A DNA stretch of 63,902 nucleotides, counting the filler, from an uncultured Methanosarcinales archaeon (GTDB taxonomy: Archaea; Nanobdellota; Nanobdellia; Woesearchaeales; CAZOXR01), in assembly GCA_964566535.1 (NCBI GenBank). It is 5 parts of 5 records of this genome, joined end to end, with 100 filler letters (N's around TTAATTAATTAA, not from the genome) between each part and the next. Parts side by side here need not be neighbours in the genome. Positions count along the whole stretch, not along the records: positions 20,838 to 52,587 come from CAZMIO010000003.1; 4 more parts are not named here. One strand, given 5' to 3'. The translations under genes and the position numbers were made by a program. Positions 20,838-31,456 of the stretch are shown here, in pieces. Below the pieces are notes generated by a model, which searched no databases, was not told the origin of the DNA, and saw only the letters and a program-made list of their open reading frames with translations. Position 1 is the stretch's first letter, and every line of letters starts with the position of its first letter.

Positions 20838-21173
20838 AGACTGCAACAAAACCGTCTTAAAACCAAGATTCTTAACAGCATTCTCTGCTATTGAAACAAT
20901 CTCATCAACATCAATCCTATACCTATTCAATCCCTTATTCCCCAACCTTATCCCACAATACAAACAATCATTTTTGCAAAAATTAGAAAACTCTAATATC
21001 CCTCTAACAAAAACCTCTTCCCCAATAAACTTCTTCCTAACTTCATCAGCTTTATGAAACAATTTATCCAAATCTTCTTTCTCACTAAGCTTCAATAAAA
21101 ATATAATCTCTTCCTTACTCAACTTCTCTTTATCCAAAACATCAGAAATAAAGATCTCGTTCACCTTCCTCAA
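20838..21173 (-). CDS. hydE: [FeFe]-hydrogenase maturase HydE-like radical SAM, 5' part
   Basis: RGILEFSNFCKNDCLYCGIR..NRYR..TVLLQS; overlaps the hydG end. Confidence 0.8.
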
Positions 21174-22515
21174 CCCTTTTAAGTTTTTTAAAAAACTCCT
21201 CCTTAACTTTACTATCTTTTATCTTCTCAGCTTCCTTCCTAATCAACTCCTCTCCAACCTTCTTCCCTTCAGAATCACCATAATCCATAAGGTATTCCTT
21301 CAAAGTAAGCAGTGCATTTGGCTGGCAAAAGTTCTGTATCAATCCAGGCTTAGCCAAATCCATAAAATCCTTACCAACTCGACCTCTCCGATAGCATGAA
21401 GTACAAAAAGAAGAAACAAAACCTTGCTTCATCATATCTTTAATTACATCTGCTGTCCCCCTCGTATCGCTCAAAGCAAACTGCTCTTCATCTAGATGAT
21501 CTCCCTCATCTCCACTATAACCGCCAGGGTTCGTTTTAGAGCCAGCCGAAATCTGACTAACACCAATATTAAAAAGTTCCCTCCTAATATCAGCACTCTC
21601 CCTAGTTGACAATATAATTCCTGTATAAGGAATGCTACACCTCAAAACCGCAACTAACTTCTTAAACTCTTCATCAGAAACAGGAAATGGCACATCAATA
21701 GCAGCAGGAGCATTAGAAGCTTCCTCTATCCGCGGAACAGAAACAGTATGCGGTCCAATACCAAATTTCTCATCCAAATGTTCAGCATGCATCAAAAGTG
21801 ACAATACCTCAAACTTATAATCATACAGCCCAAACAAAACTCCAATCCCTACATCCCCCAATCCAGCGCTCAAAGCCCTATCCATAGTACCTAACCTAAA
21901 CTCATAATCACCTTTCTTGCCAGAATGCATCTTCTCATAAGTTTCTCTGTGATAAGTCTCCTGAAACATCGTATACGTTCCTATCTTTGCTCCCTTCAAC
22001 TTAAGAAACTCTTCATCACTCAAAGGAGGAATCTCAACATTTATCCTCCTTATATCTCCTCCTGACTTAACAGAATAAGCAACATTAATAGCTTCTAAAA
22101 AATCATCAAAACTATATTTGTCAAAATCCTCTCCCATCAACATTAATAATCTCTTATGCCCTTGTTTCTCTAATATCTCAACTTCCTTCCTTATCTCATC
22201 TGAAGACAAAATCCTTCTCTTCATCTCACTATTACTCTTCCTAAAACCACAATAAAGACAGTCATTAGAGCAATGATTAGAAACATAAACAGGAGCAAAT
22301 ATCACTAACCTATTCCCATATATCTCATTCTTAATCTTAAAAGCAGTATCATACAATTCTTGAGCATCAGAACTAATATTCAATAAACAAGCAGCCTCTT
22401 CCAAACTCAAACCCTTCAACTCCAAGGCCTTACTAAGAATTTCCTTAATCCTCTCCTTAGAAGGACTCTTACTCTCTTCCAATACCTCTTTTACTCTCTT
22501 TTCATCAATATTCAT
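21142..22515 (-). CDS. hydG: [FeFe]-hydrogenase maturase HydG
   Basis: APVYVSNHCSNDCLYCGF, FQETYH, GPHTVSVPRI, C-terminal SFCTSCYR..FCQPNA second-cluster motif. Confidence 0.93.
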   Translation of the reverse strand: MNIDEKRVKEVLEESKSPSKERIKEILSKALELKGLSLEEAACLLNISSDAQELYDTAFKIKNEIYGNRLVIFAPVYVSNHCSNDCLYCGFRKSNSEMKRRILSSDEIRKEVEILEKQGHKRLLMLMGEDFDKYSFDDFLEAINVAYSVKSGGDIRRINVEIPPLSDEEFLKLKGAKIGTYTMFQETYHRETYEKMHSGKKGDYEFRLGTMDRALSAGLGDVGIGVLFGLYDYKFEVLSLLMHAEHLDEKFGIGPHTVSVPRIEEASNAPAAIDVPFPVSDEEFKKLVAVLRCSIPYTGIILSTRESADIRRELFNIGVSQISAGSKTNPGGYSGDEGDHLDEEQFALSDTRGTADVIKDMMKQGFVSSFCTSCYRRGRVGKDFMDLAKPGLIQNFCQPNALLTLKEYLMDYGDSEGKKVGEELIRKEAEKIKDSKVKEEFFKKLKRVEEGERDLYF

Positions 22516-22577
22516 ATTCCAGATTAAAGAAACATAATTAGTTTATAAAATTTTAACTATTTTTAAGACATTACCCC

Positions 22578-23198
22578 TTACTCAGGAGCTTCATATTGTC
22601 TAGTTAGAACTAAAAATTTAGAACCTTGGTCTCTATTATACTCCATAAACTCTTCAGCACCTACCAATGGCCTAGGCTCAAGAATATCATCAGTTTTACC
22701 CTCTCTTCTTTTATCAAACCCATGAAGTTCATAAAGAACACTAATAGTTACCTGAGCACCATTTACTTCAGGATCAACCGGTTCAGGACCCCCATAATTA
22801 TAAAACACAACCTCCACATGTTCTGGTAAATTACCCTCAAGACGTTTTATCCTTCCTACTGGGTGCGGCTTATAAGGCAAATAAGTTAAATTTTCCTCTA
22901 AAACTACAAAAAAGTCAATATCCCTATAATCATCTGTGTCCACACTAGAGCCGGCTACAATAACTGCATATGGACGTCTCACCCACTCACCATCGGTGCC
23001 CCTTGCAAAAACTCCCTCTGAAATTTCCTCCCTCCAGCTACTCGGTTCAGGATATTCAAATTCATATGGATTAAGAAGATCTAATGTTTGCCTAACACGT
23101 TCCTGCTCTGAATCACGCAAATGCCCTAACCATCTTTGGGCATCTGCAGCTTCTCCTGCAGTCAAATTTAGAAATGCATTATCTAGTGTCATAATCAT
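22578..23198 (-). CDS. Hypothetical protein with Pol-beta nucleotidyltransferase-like motif
   Basis: VAGSS..DIDFFVV. Confidence 0.55.
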   Translation of the reverse strand: MIMTLDNAFLNLTAGEAADAQRWLGHLRDSEQERVRQTLDLLNPYEFEYPEPSSWREEISEGVFARGTDGEWVRRPYAVIVAGSSVDTDDYRDIDFFVVLEENLTYLPYKPHPVGRIKRLEGNLPEHVEVVFYNYGGPEPVDPEVNGAQVTISVLYELHGFDKRREGKTDDILEPRPLVGAEEFMEYNRDQGSKFLVLTRQYEAPE

Positions 23199-23247
23199 TC
23201 AAGGAAATCATTATTTATTTATAAATTTTATTAATTAACTATTAAAA

Positions 23248-23285
23248 ATTCCCTTAAGAATAAAACCTTCAGATATATTTATAAA
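23248..23285 (+). promoter_or_regulatory. metY promoter with shared met motif
   Basis: ATTCCCTTAAGAATAAAACCTTCA, then TTTATAAA at 23278. Confidence 0.55.
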
Positions 23286-23326
23286 TCAACTTCCTATCCC
23301 TAAACTAACCAATTGAGGTAATTATT

Positions 23327-24625
23327 ATGGCAGAGCTTCATATAAACACACAATTAGTCCATGCAGGATATAAACCAGACCCTACAACAGGTGCATTAGC
23401 TGTTCCCAGATATGTATCAGCCGCTTATGCTTTAGGTACTGCTGAAAATGCCGCAGCTATCTTTGCCCTACAAAAAGATGGATATACCTATTCAAGAATT
23501 GGAGATCCAACTACAACTGCATTGGAAGACAAACTTACAGTAATTGAAGGAGGAGTAGGAGCGGTTGCATTCTCATCAGGTACACAAGCAGTCTTATGTT
23601 CAATCCTTAATCTCGCAGAAAATGGAGACGAAATCGTTGCAGCAAATGACTTATACGGTGGAACATTTACTCAACATAATGACATCTTATCAAGATTGGG
23701 AATAACTGTTAAATTCGTTGATCCTACTGATCTTGATGAGCTCAGAGGTGCAATCACTGATAGAACAAAAGCAGTCTATACTGAGACTATGGGGAATCCA
23801 GGATTAAATGTCCCTGATCTCGAAGCTATTGCAGCTATTGCTCACGAAAATGGCATACCATACATAGTAGATAGCACATTTACACCACCAGTATTACTAA
23901 GGCCATTTGATTACGGAGCAGATATTGTAGTCCATTCACTGACTAAATGGATGAATGGTCATGGTACAGTTCTTGGCGGTGCTGTTATTGATTCTGGCAA
24001 CTTTGATTGGGCAAAAAGTGGTAAACACCCTCTACTAACAGAAAAAGATAGTTCATATCATGGTTTAAATTATGCTTACGATTTACTTGGAGGGACAGGT
24101 TACATTGTTAGGATGGCATTAGTTCCATTAAGAAACCTTGGAGGAAACATATCTCCACATAACTCAGGAGATATAATGCAAGGTTCTCAAACCCTCCATC
24201 TAAGGATGGAAAGAACCTGTGAAAATGCGCTAGCTGTTGCAGAATATCTTGAAGCTCATGACTTAGTTGATTGGGTTCAATACCCTGGTTTGGAATCTCA
24301 CCCCTCACATGAAAATGCTGTAAAATACCTCCCAAACGGATTTGGTGGAGTTGTAGTTTTCGGACCAAAGGGGGGCAAAGAAGCAGGCAGAAAATTCATT
24401 AATTCATTAGAAGGCCAACAAGTAATAACACATGCTGTAAATGTTGGAGATGCAAGAACATTAATAGTACAGCCAGGAACTACAACTCATTCCCAGCACA
24501 CTCCAGAACAACTTGAAGCAGCAGGAATAGCTCCAGAACTCCTACGTTTATCATTGGGAATTGAATATATAGACGATATAATAGGAGTATTAGGCGAAGC
24601 ACTACACCAATCTCAGCAAAAATAA
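23327..24625 (+). CDS. metY: O-acetylhomoserine sulfhydrylase
   Basis: YSRIGDPT, LYGGT, HSLTKW PLP lysine, NVGDARTL..TTHSQ. Confidence 0.93.
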   Translation: MAELHINTQLVHAGYKPDPTTGALAVPRYVSAAYALGTAENAAAIFALQKDGYTYSRIGDPTTTALEDKLTVIEGGVGAVAFSSGTQAVLCSILNLAENGDEIVAANDLYGGTFTQHNDILSRLGITVKFVDPTDLDELRGAITDRTKAVYTETMGNPGLNVPDLEAIAAIAHENGIPYIVDSTFTPPVLLRPFDYGADIVVHSLTKWMNGHGTVLGGAVIDSGNFDWAKSGKHPLLTEKDSSYHGLNYAYDLLGGTGYIVRMALVPLRNLGGNISPHNSGDIMQGSQTLHLRMERTCENALAVAEYLEAHDLVDWVQYPGLESHPSHENAVKYLPNGFGGVVVFGPKGGKEAGRKFINSLEGQQVITHAVNVGDARTLIVQPGTTTHSQHTPEQLEAAGIAPELLRLSLGIEYIDDIIGVLGEALHQSQQK

Positions 24626-24639
24626 CTAACCCTTTCTAT

Positions 24640-24678
24640 TATTCCATTAGGAATAAAACCCTCATGAATCTTTATATA
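24640..24678 (+). promoter_or_regulatory. metX promoter with palindromic met motif
   Basis: TATTCC-ATTA-GGAATA-AAACCCTCA, then TTTATATA at 24671. Confidence 0.55.
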
Positions 24679-24711
24679 CTATAATTCTAAATAAATTCTA
24701 ATTAAACATAG

Positions 24712-25854
24712 GTGATCACTTTAACAAAAGAAGAATCAGTAGGCATAGTTGAAACTAAACACTTTGAGATTAAAGAAGATATACCTCTAGACTGCGGCAA
24801 AACACTAGGACCAATAACACTAGCCTACGAAACCTACGGGACCTTAAACAAAACTAAATCAAACGCAATCCTAATCTTTCACGCTCTTTCAGGGGATGCT
24901 CATGTAGCAGGGTATCACGAAGAACAAAACAAACCAGGCTGGTGGGATCTTCATGTAGGCCCAGCAAAAAGCATAGACACAAACAAATTCTTCATAATCT
25001 GCATAAACGTAATAGGGGGCTGCAAAGGCTCAACCGGACCAAGCTCAATTAATCCAAAAACAAACAAACCATACGGAATAGATTTCCCAATACTAACAAT
25101 AAAAGACATGGTCTCAGTACAAAAAAAACTAATAGATCATCTAGAAATAAAACAACTCTTTGCAGTAATTGGAGGATCTATGGGTGGCTTCCAAGCCCTT
25201 CAATGGTCAGTACTCTTCCCAGAATCTTCAAAACTGGTAATTCCCATAGCAACAGCAGCATCTCAATCACCTCAAAACATCGCTATCCAGGAAGTCGGAA
25301 GAAGAGCAATACTTGGAGACCCAAATTGGAGCAAAGGAAATTATTACAATAAAGAAACTCCTAAGTCAGGATTATCAACAGCAAGAATGATTGGTCACAT
25401 AACTTACCTTAGCGAAAAAGCGATGAAAGAGAAATTCGGAAGAAGATTCCAAGACAAAGACAAACCTGACTTTAACTTCAACACCGAATTTCAAGTAGAA
25501 TCTTATCTCCAATACCAAGGAACATCATTCGTAGGACGTTTTGATGCAAACTCTTACCTATATATAACTAAAGCAATGGATTATTTTGACTTAACAGAAG
25601 GAGATACAAAGAAACTAGAAGATCTCTTCGCAAAAACGAACGCAAAATTCCTAGTGCTCTCATACACTTCTGACTGGCTTTATACAACTGAGCAGATGAA
25701 AGAGATTGTCAGAGCATTGCAAAGATCAAGCCATGATGTTGCCTTTTTCGAAATCGAAGCAGACCAAGGCCATGACTCTTTCCTATTAGAAAACGAAACA
25801 CAAACTAATATTTTGAAAAATTTCCTAAACAACAATCTAGAAGAGAATGAATAA
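24712..25854 (+). CDS. metX: Homoserine O-acetyltransferase
   Basis: [27 protein letters not shown]. Confidence 0.95.
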   Translation: MITLTKEESVGIVETKHFEIKEDIPLDCGKTLGPITLAYETYGTLNKTKSNAILIFHALSGDAHVAGYHEEQNKPGWWDLHVGPAKSIDTNKFFIICINVIGGCKGSTGPSSINPKTNKPYGIDFPILTIKDMVSVQKKLIDHLEIKQLFAVIGGSMGGFQALQWSVLFPESSKLVIPIATAASQSPQNIAIQEVGRRAILGDPNWSKGNYYNKETPKSGLSTARMIGHITYLSEKAMKEKFGRRFQDKDKPDFNFNTEFQVESYLQYQGTSFVGRFDANSYLYITKAMDYFDLTEGDTKKLEDLFAKTNAKFLVLSYTSDWLYTTEQMKEIVRALQRSSHDVAFFEIEADQGHDSFLLENETQTNILKNFLNNNLEENE

Positions 25855-26488
25855 GAACAATATAGAATCAAAAGAAGAACAGAAAATAAACAGATTAGAC
25901 TACAATTTAATAGTTAAAACTGTAAAAGAAAACTCAAAAGTTCTAGACCTTGGCTGCAGTATGGGAACTTTATTAGCCTTACTAAAAGAAAAAAAACAAA
26001 CAGACGGCAGAGGCATAGAAATTAATCCCAAAAAAGTTCAAAAATGCATTGAACAAGGTTTCTCAGTTCTCCATGGGGACTTAGACGAAGGATTAAAGCA
26101 TTATGCAGACAATTCATTTGACTATGTCATATTCAACCAAACAATACAAGTTGTAAAAAATTCTTTATTAGTTCTACAAGAAGCGTTAAGAGTTGGAAAA
26201 AAAGTAATTGTCAGCTTCCCAAATTTCGGGCATTGGCAAACCCGTCTCTCATTCGCCTTCTCAGGAAAGATGCCAAAGTCAAAGGCACTACCCTATGAAT
26301 GGTACAACACCCCTAATATCAGGATATTGACAATAAAAGACTTCAGAGATCTGTGCAATAGGAATGATGTAAACATACTAAAAGAAAAGAGCTACCTAGC
26401 TCTAAATGGAAAAAATAGATTAATAAACTTCTGGCCAAACACATTCGCAACAAATAGTTTGTTTATTCTTGAACAAAACAAAATTTAG
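25847..26488 (+). CDS. metW: Methionine biosynthesis protein MetW
   Basis: [22 protein letters not shown]; follows metX. Confidence 0.92.
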   Translation: MNKNNIESKEEQKINRLDYNLIVKTVKENSKVLDLGCSMGTLLALLKEKKQTDGRGIEINPKKVQKCIEQGFSVLHGDLDEGLKHYADNSFDYVIFNQTIQVVKNSLLVLQEALRVGKKVIVSFPNFGHWQTRLSFAFSGKMPKSKALPYEWYNTPNIRILTIKDFRDLCNRNDVNILKEKSYLALNGKNRLINFWPNTFATNSLFILEQNKI

Positions 26489-26517
26489 TTATTTTTCATA
26501 CTCTAATTTAGAACAAA

Positions 26518-27384
26518 CTAACTCTTCTTCACCATCAACCTTGCATTTTCCTGAATAAAATGACGGGCATTCTGATAACAGCCTGAAACTCTATCTAACA
26601 TATCAGAATATTCAGATACCATACTACCCTCTGAAACATCTCCCATTTGCCTTCTTTCTAATAAGTTAATATAATCTCTTCTAGTTGCCCCAATCACTCT
26701 AAGGTCTTCCATCAAAGAAGGATCATACTCTAATCTTTCATATTCTCTCATTAATTCAGGTTTAGTATCAACACATTCAGTTTCACCACCAGGTGATATT
26801 GGCCCCCGATCATGTTGAATGGCAACCCCCATTGCATGATATGGTAATTCCATAACATATTTCAACATTCTAACATATTCTTCCTCACTTGTATGTGCAT
26901 TTGTACCAAAATTAGTTAAATGCCCCAAATAAAAGTTAATTGTCTCTCTTGCTGCCCTTCTAAATGGGACCTTATTATTATCCAATACATCAAGTGGATT
27001 TACATCACCCCTATGCCCATATTGGTCTACTGATAATGCTAAATGTTCTTTAAAAGATTCATTAATGGTATGAATACCAGCCATAGCATTTTTTTCATTG
27101 ATAACCCTAGTCTGAATACTGACATGTCTTTCTTCTAAAGCCCTTCTAGTAGCTTCCCTCACTATTTCATTATGACTATCATCCGTTGTAATCATAAGAT
27201 AATCAATATCACTAGCAACATTACAATCCCCAGTATTTACAGAACCATAAGCAATAGCACCAAGTACCTCATCACCCAAAAAAGGCGTTACACAATCTAG
27301 TTCAAACTGTTCTAATGCTGCAGAAAAATCCTCTGGTCGAGGAATATTCCCTTCTATAAAGTCCTGTAGTGTAAATATTCTCAT
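26518..27384 (-). CDS. Nucleotidyltransferase-domain protein
   Basis: AYGSV..SDIDYL motif, helical C-terminus. Confidence 0.7.
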   Translation of the reverse strand: MRIFTLQDFIEGNIPRPEDFSAALEQFELDCVTPFLGDEVLGAIAYGSVNTGDCNVASDIDYLMITTDDSHNEIVREATRRALEERHVSIQTRVINEKNAMAGIHTINESFKEHLALSVDQYGHRGDVNPLDVLDNNKVPFRRAARETINFYLGHLTNFGTNAHTSEEEYVRMLKYVMELPYHAMGVAIQHDRGPISPGGETECVDTKPELMREYERLEYDPSLMEDLRVIGATRRDYINLLERRQMGDVSEGSMVSEYSDMLDRVSGCYQNARHFIQENARLMVKKS

Positions 27385-27566
27385 TTTAAAACCCTCAAAG
27401 AAAACATTGAGGTAACTACTACCTCTTCTAAATTAATTGTTATAATTTCCTTTTTAAATCTATCGAATAATCGTTTTAGTAGTAGTATTTAGAATAAAAC
27501 CTATAAATTATAACCAAAACAAAAACATATAAAAAGGACATATCACCACTAAATATATTAATTAAA

Positions 27567-28736
27567 ATGAAAAAGTTAGTAATATTATCAATCTTATTTC
27601 TTACGCTTTTAACATCATTAACCTATGCAGAACGAAACGTAACTGTATATTACTTCTGGGGAGATGGCTGCCCTCATTGTGCAAAAGCAACCCCTTTTCT
27701 GTACAGCTTAGAAGATAAATACCCAGAACTAAGAATAGAAGCATACGAAGTCTGACATAATGAGACTAACGCAGACCTACTTGCGCAATATAGTAGTGCT
27801 TGTGGGATTCCAGTTCAAGGTGTTCCAGCAGTTTTTGTTGGCCATACTCCTTTCGTTGGCTTTGACGAAGCAGAAACAACAGGAAAAGTAATAGAAGAAG
27901 AAATTATCAAATATCTAAAAAACCCAGATGTTGACCTTAAAGAACATCTTGGAATGAACCTTTCATCCTGCCCAGTAAGGGATAAAGATAAAATAGTCCA
28001 TTTACCAATATTCGGAGACATAGACACAACTCAAATCTCATTACCTATGTTCACAATAATTCTTGGTCTGTTAGACGGCTTTAACCCATGCGCAATGTGG
28101 GTCTTGATGTTCCTATTAGCTTTATTAGTTTACACAAAATCAAGAAAGAGAATGTTCATTATTGGAGGAACCTTCATATTCATCTCAGGATTAGTTTATT
28201 ACATCTTCATGGCAGCATGGCTTAACTTCTTCCTATTCATAGGGGTCTTACCAGCCCTAAGATTCATCGTTGGAGGATTTGCACTAATCATGGGGTTGAT
28301 TAATGTAAAAGAATTGTTCTGGTTCAAAAAAGGACCTTCATTATCAATTTCAGAAACGCATAAACCCAAATTATTTGAGAAAATGCGAAATGTTGTCCAC
28401 GAAGCATCATTACCATTAGCATTAATCGGAGTCTCAATCCTAGCATTCACCGTAAACACAATTGAACTTCTCTGCACAGCAGGCTTCCCAGCAATCTACA
28501 CAAAAGTCCTAACCCTAAACAACCTATCACCAATAGCACATTACGGATATATTGGACTTTACATTCTAATGTACATGCTAGATGACTTCATAATCTTCTC
28601 AATAGCAGTCTTCACATTAAGCCAAAAAAAGATGACAGAAAAACAAGGCAAATGGATGAAATTCATCGCAGGATTCATGATGTTAATCCTAGGATTACTA
28701 TTAATGTTCAAACCAGAATTATTGATGTTTGGTTAA
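27567..28736 (+). pseudogene. Glutaredoxin-domain plus CcdA-like membrane protein with one in-frame TGA
   Basis: CPHC domain, TGA at 27753-27755, frame continues through GVP into DGFNPCAMW and ELLCTAG. Confidence 0.8.
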
Positions 28737-29102
28737 TGGTTCAGGTTTGCTATGTCCAAAATAATGCAAATGCCCCTTACACTTACAATCACTTGAACCA
28801 AAAGAACTTATAATCTCAGAACTAACCCTAGAAACCTTATCATTAACAGAACATTCAATCTTCTTTAACGTCTCAACCGTTTCAACACCAACAACCTTAG
28901 CATGATTAAGCAGATAATCAATATGCCATCTAATCTTCTTCTCTTTCCTTTTATGTCTCTCAATCCGTTTAGATAAGTTGTTCAGCGCAGACCCAACATA
29001 ACCGTAATACCCTTTCTTAAAACTTAACTCACCAAGCTTCCCAACCGAAATCCTTTTATCAGAATTCAAATAAATCAAAAGACAATAAACTCCTTTATTC
29101 AT
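28719..29102 (-). CDS. GIY-YIG family (DUF123-like) protein
   Basis: GVY..YVGSA, WHIDYLL, FGSSDCKC..HL. Confidence 0.88.
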   Translation of the reverse strand: MNKGVYCLLIYLNSDKRISVGKLGELSFKKGYYGYVGSALNNLSKRIERHKRKEKKIRWHIDYLLNHAKVVGVETVETLKKIECSVNDKVSRVSSEIISSFGSSDCKCKGHLHYFGHSKPEPLTKHQ

Positions 29103-30081
29103 TTACAACACTTTTCTTTTTATTCTTCCATAAAAACCAGGAAACACCCAAAACAAACACCAAAAGCACAATTCCACCAACCAAATTAGCATACTGCCAA
29201 TCTAACAACACTCCTTGTATTGAATAAAAGTATTCTTTTGTTCCAAATATATCCCATGCGTTGAATAAAGCAGTTCCTCTGAAAATAACCAACACTAACC
29301 CAATCAAAATAAATAAAATACCAGAAATCAAGTTAGAGGAATGTACATGAACATCCTTCCCAAATATATTAAAAGATAAAATTCTACCCTGAATAAACTT
29401 ACTCTCAGCCAAATTAAACTTATCATAAAACATAGATATGATAAAAAAAGGAACAAAATTCCCTAATGCATAAAAGAACATCAACAAACCAGAATACCAA
29501 ACATTCCCTAATATAACTGCCATACTTAAAATCCCAGCTAATATTGGTCCAAGACAAGCAGTCCACCCTAAAGCAAATGTAATACCAAAAATAAACACAC
29601 CAGGCCGATCATCTTTACACTTATTATCCATATAAGAACAAACAGACTTCCCCCTAAGAACAACCAACCCCAATATTATCATAACAACTCCTGCAATCAT
29701 CACTAACCAAGCCTTTTGCAAAACAATTAATGTCTGCTCTCCAATAAACCCAGCAATAACTCCCATCGCAACAAACACTAAGCTAAAACCTAAAAAGAAA
29801 ATAAAAGTCATCCACGTAATATTCTTCTTCTCCTTAAAAGTATACGAAAAATAAGCAGGTAAAAAGGGAAACAGACAAGGCGATAAAATCCCTAACATGC
29901 CGGCAATAAAAGCAATAAAGAAAGATATCTTCATTGCAAAATCATTAGAAACCTTTTGATTATACTCAATAATCTTTTGTAAACCTATTGGTAAATTACT
30001 TTGTGCAAAAATAAAAGTAGTAAAAAGAATAAATAAAGCCATAAAAAACACCAATAACAAGATTTTTTTATTTTTCATCAC
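29095..30081 (-). CDS. ccdA: CcdA/DsbD-type membrane electron transporter
   Basis: LSPCLFP and GWTACLGP. Confidence 0.88.
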   Translation of the reverse strand: MMKNKKILLLVFFMALFILFTTFIFAQSNLPIGLQKIIEYNQKVSNDFAMKISFFIAFIAGMLGILSPCLFPFLPAYFSYTFKEKKNITWMTFIFFLGFSLVFVAMGVIAGFIGEQTLIVLQKAWLVMIAGVVMIILGLVVLRGKSVCSYMDNKCKDDRPGVFIFGITFALGWTACLGPILAGILSMAVILGNVWYSGLLMFFYALGNFVPFFIISMFYDKFNLAESKFIQGRILSFNIFGKDVHVHSSNLISGILFILIGLVLVIFRGTALFNAWDIFGTKEYFYSIQGVLLDWQYANLVGGIVLLVFVLGVSWFLWKNKKKSVVNE

Positions 30082-31031
30082 AACCCTTCTTTCCTAAAAA
30101 CTTTTTCTGTCAAAAACCAAAACCAATAACCCAACAAAGCTAAGAGTACTATACCAAGAATATTACCCATCATTGGAGAAATTCCTAAGTTTAGCAGCCA
30201 CTTTTGGCCAAAGCTCACCAACACCATACTTTCTATAGGGTCTACTGCATTGAATATATAAGTCCCCCTGTATAAAACAAACAGTAATCCAAAAAATAGA
30301 AAAATGAGTCCTGCAATAATATTTGTAATCCGAATTTTTAATTTTCCAAAAGATATATAGTTAGCCTGCATCCACTTTGTCTCAGACAATCTGAAATAAT
30401 CGTAAAGTACTGCTACAATCATCATTGGAAGGAAAATGCCAATTGAATACATAAACATAAGCATCGCCGCATTAAAAGACCCCGCAACAGAATTTCCAAT
30501 AACAAGAATAGCTGCTGAAACTGGAAAAACACATGGAGTATAACCAATAGCAAACAAAATACCAAATGTCAGTGTCCCCCAAACATCATTTCCATGCTTA
30601 TTTGGTTTGAAGATAAAATGCTTACCTAAAAAAATAAAGACAGCCCAAACCAAAAAGACGAGTCCTACAAACAGAACCATTTCAAAGCGGATAAGCCGTA
30701 AAAATCTACCTAATCCTACTCCACCTAATGCAAACAGAGCAAGTACAAGACTTACTCCTAATAGGAATATTCCAAAAGTTTTTGTGAGATTTTTTCTTTC
30801 TTTAAACGCAATTGCCAAAAATGCAGGAATAATAGAAAGAATGCAGGGACTCAGTAAAGCTATAACTCCTCCTACTAACGCAACTAGGTAATTCATAGCT
30901 GCAACTTGTCTCTCTTGCTCTTCTAGTAACTGGACTAAACCTGGGGGAAGATTAGTTAGAGAAACAACTATTGGTAACAAAGCCAGAAACACTAAAAAAA
31001 TAAATATAAATTTTTTGTTTTTCATAAACAT
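30078..31031 (-). CDS. ccdA: CcdA/DsbD-type membrane electron transporter
   Basis: LSPCIL and GYTPCVFP. Confidence 0.88.
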   Translation of the reverse strand: MFMKNKKFIFIFLVFLALLPIVVSLTNLPPGLVQLLEEQERQVAAMNYLVALVGGVIALLSPCILSIIPAFLAIAFKERKNLTKTFGIFLLGVSLVLALFALGGVGLGRFLRLIRFEMVLFVGLVFLVWAVFIFLGKHFIFKPNKHGNDVWGTLTFGILFAIGYTPCVFPVSAAILVIGNSVAGSFNAAMLMFMYSIGIFLPMMIVAVLYDYFRLSETKWMQANYISFGKLKIRITNIIAGLIFLFFGLLFVLYRGTYIFNAVDPIESMVLVSFGQKWLLNLGISPMMGNILGIVLLALLGYWFWFLTEKVFRKEGL

Positions 31032-31456
31032 CTCGCATCTTCTTTCTTTTGTATTACTTCATCACTTTGCCCCATAGCCATATAAACACCACCCGTAAAT
31101 AACTCAGATTCTAAAATTTCTTTTTTAGACGTCTCCTCACTATCAAATACAATACAACTACTCCCTTGCCGTATTTGTGCATTAACTATGCCATTCATAT
31201 TAACAAGCCCATAAAACACAGTATCACTACAGGATAAACATGACAAACCATCAATCCGAAGCCTTAGATTATGAAATTGTCCACTCTCAATCTCCAATTG
31301 GGTTAATTCTCTCCCTTCCATTTTAGTTTGAGTCAAAGCAGCAAGCGCTTCCAGATTAGATAGCTTACCTCCATTGGAGAATAAAGATTGAAATACTATT
31401 ATTCCTATAAGGACTATAACTCCCAAAACTATGTAATGGTTTCGTCTAAGTTTCAT
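31022..31456 (-). CDS. Membrane-anchored HMA-domain protein
   Basis: TM, then IDGLSCLSC. Confidence 0.8.
   Translation of the reverse strand: MKLRRNHYIVLGVIVLIGIIVFQSLFSNGGKLSNLEALAALTQTKMEGRELTQLEIESGQFHNLRLRIDGLSCLSCSDTVFYGLVNMNGIVNAQIRQGSSCIVFDSEETSKKEILESELFTGGVYMAMGQSDEVIQKKEDARCL

Noticed and set aside
27567..28736. Genome-wide TGA reassignment or selenoprotein
   Set aside because: TGA is the normal stop of rnj, hydG and others, and this site is not at a redox Cys
28719..29102. GIY-YIG gene as a homing endonuclease
   Set aside because: It is the short DUF123-like type, with no insertion scar or intron context
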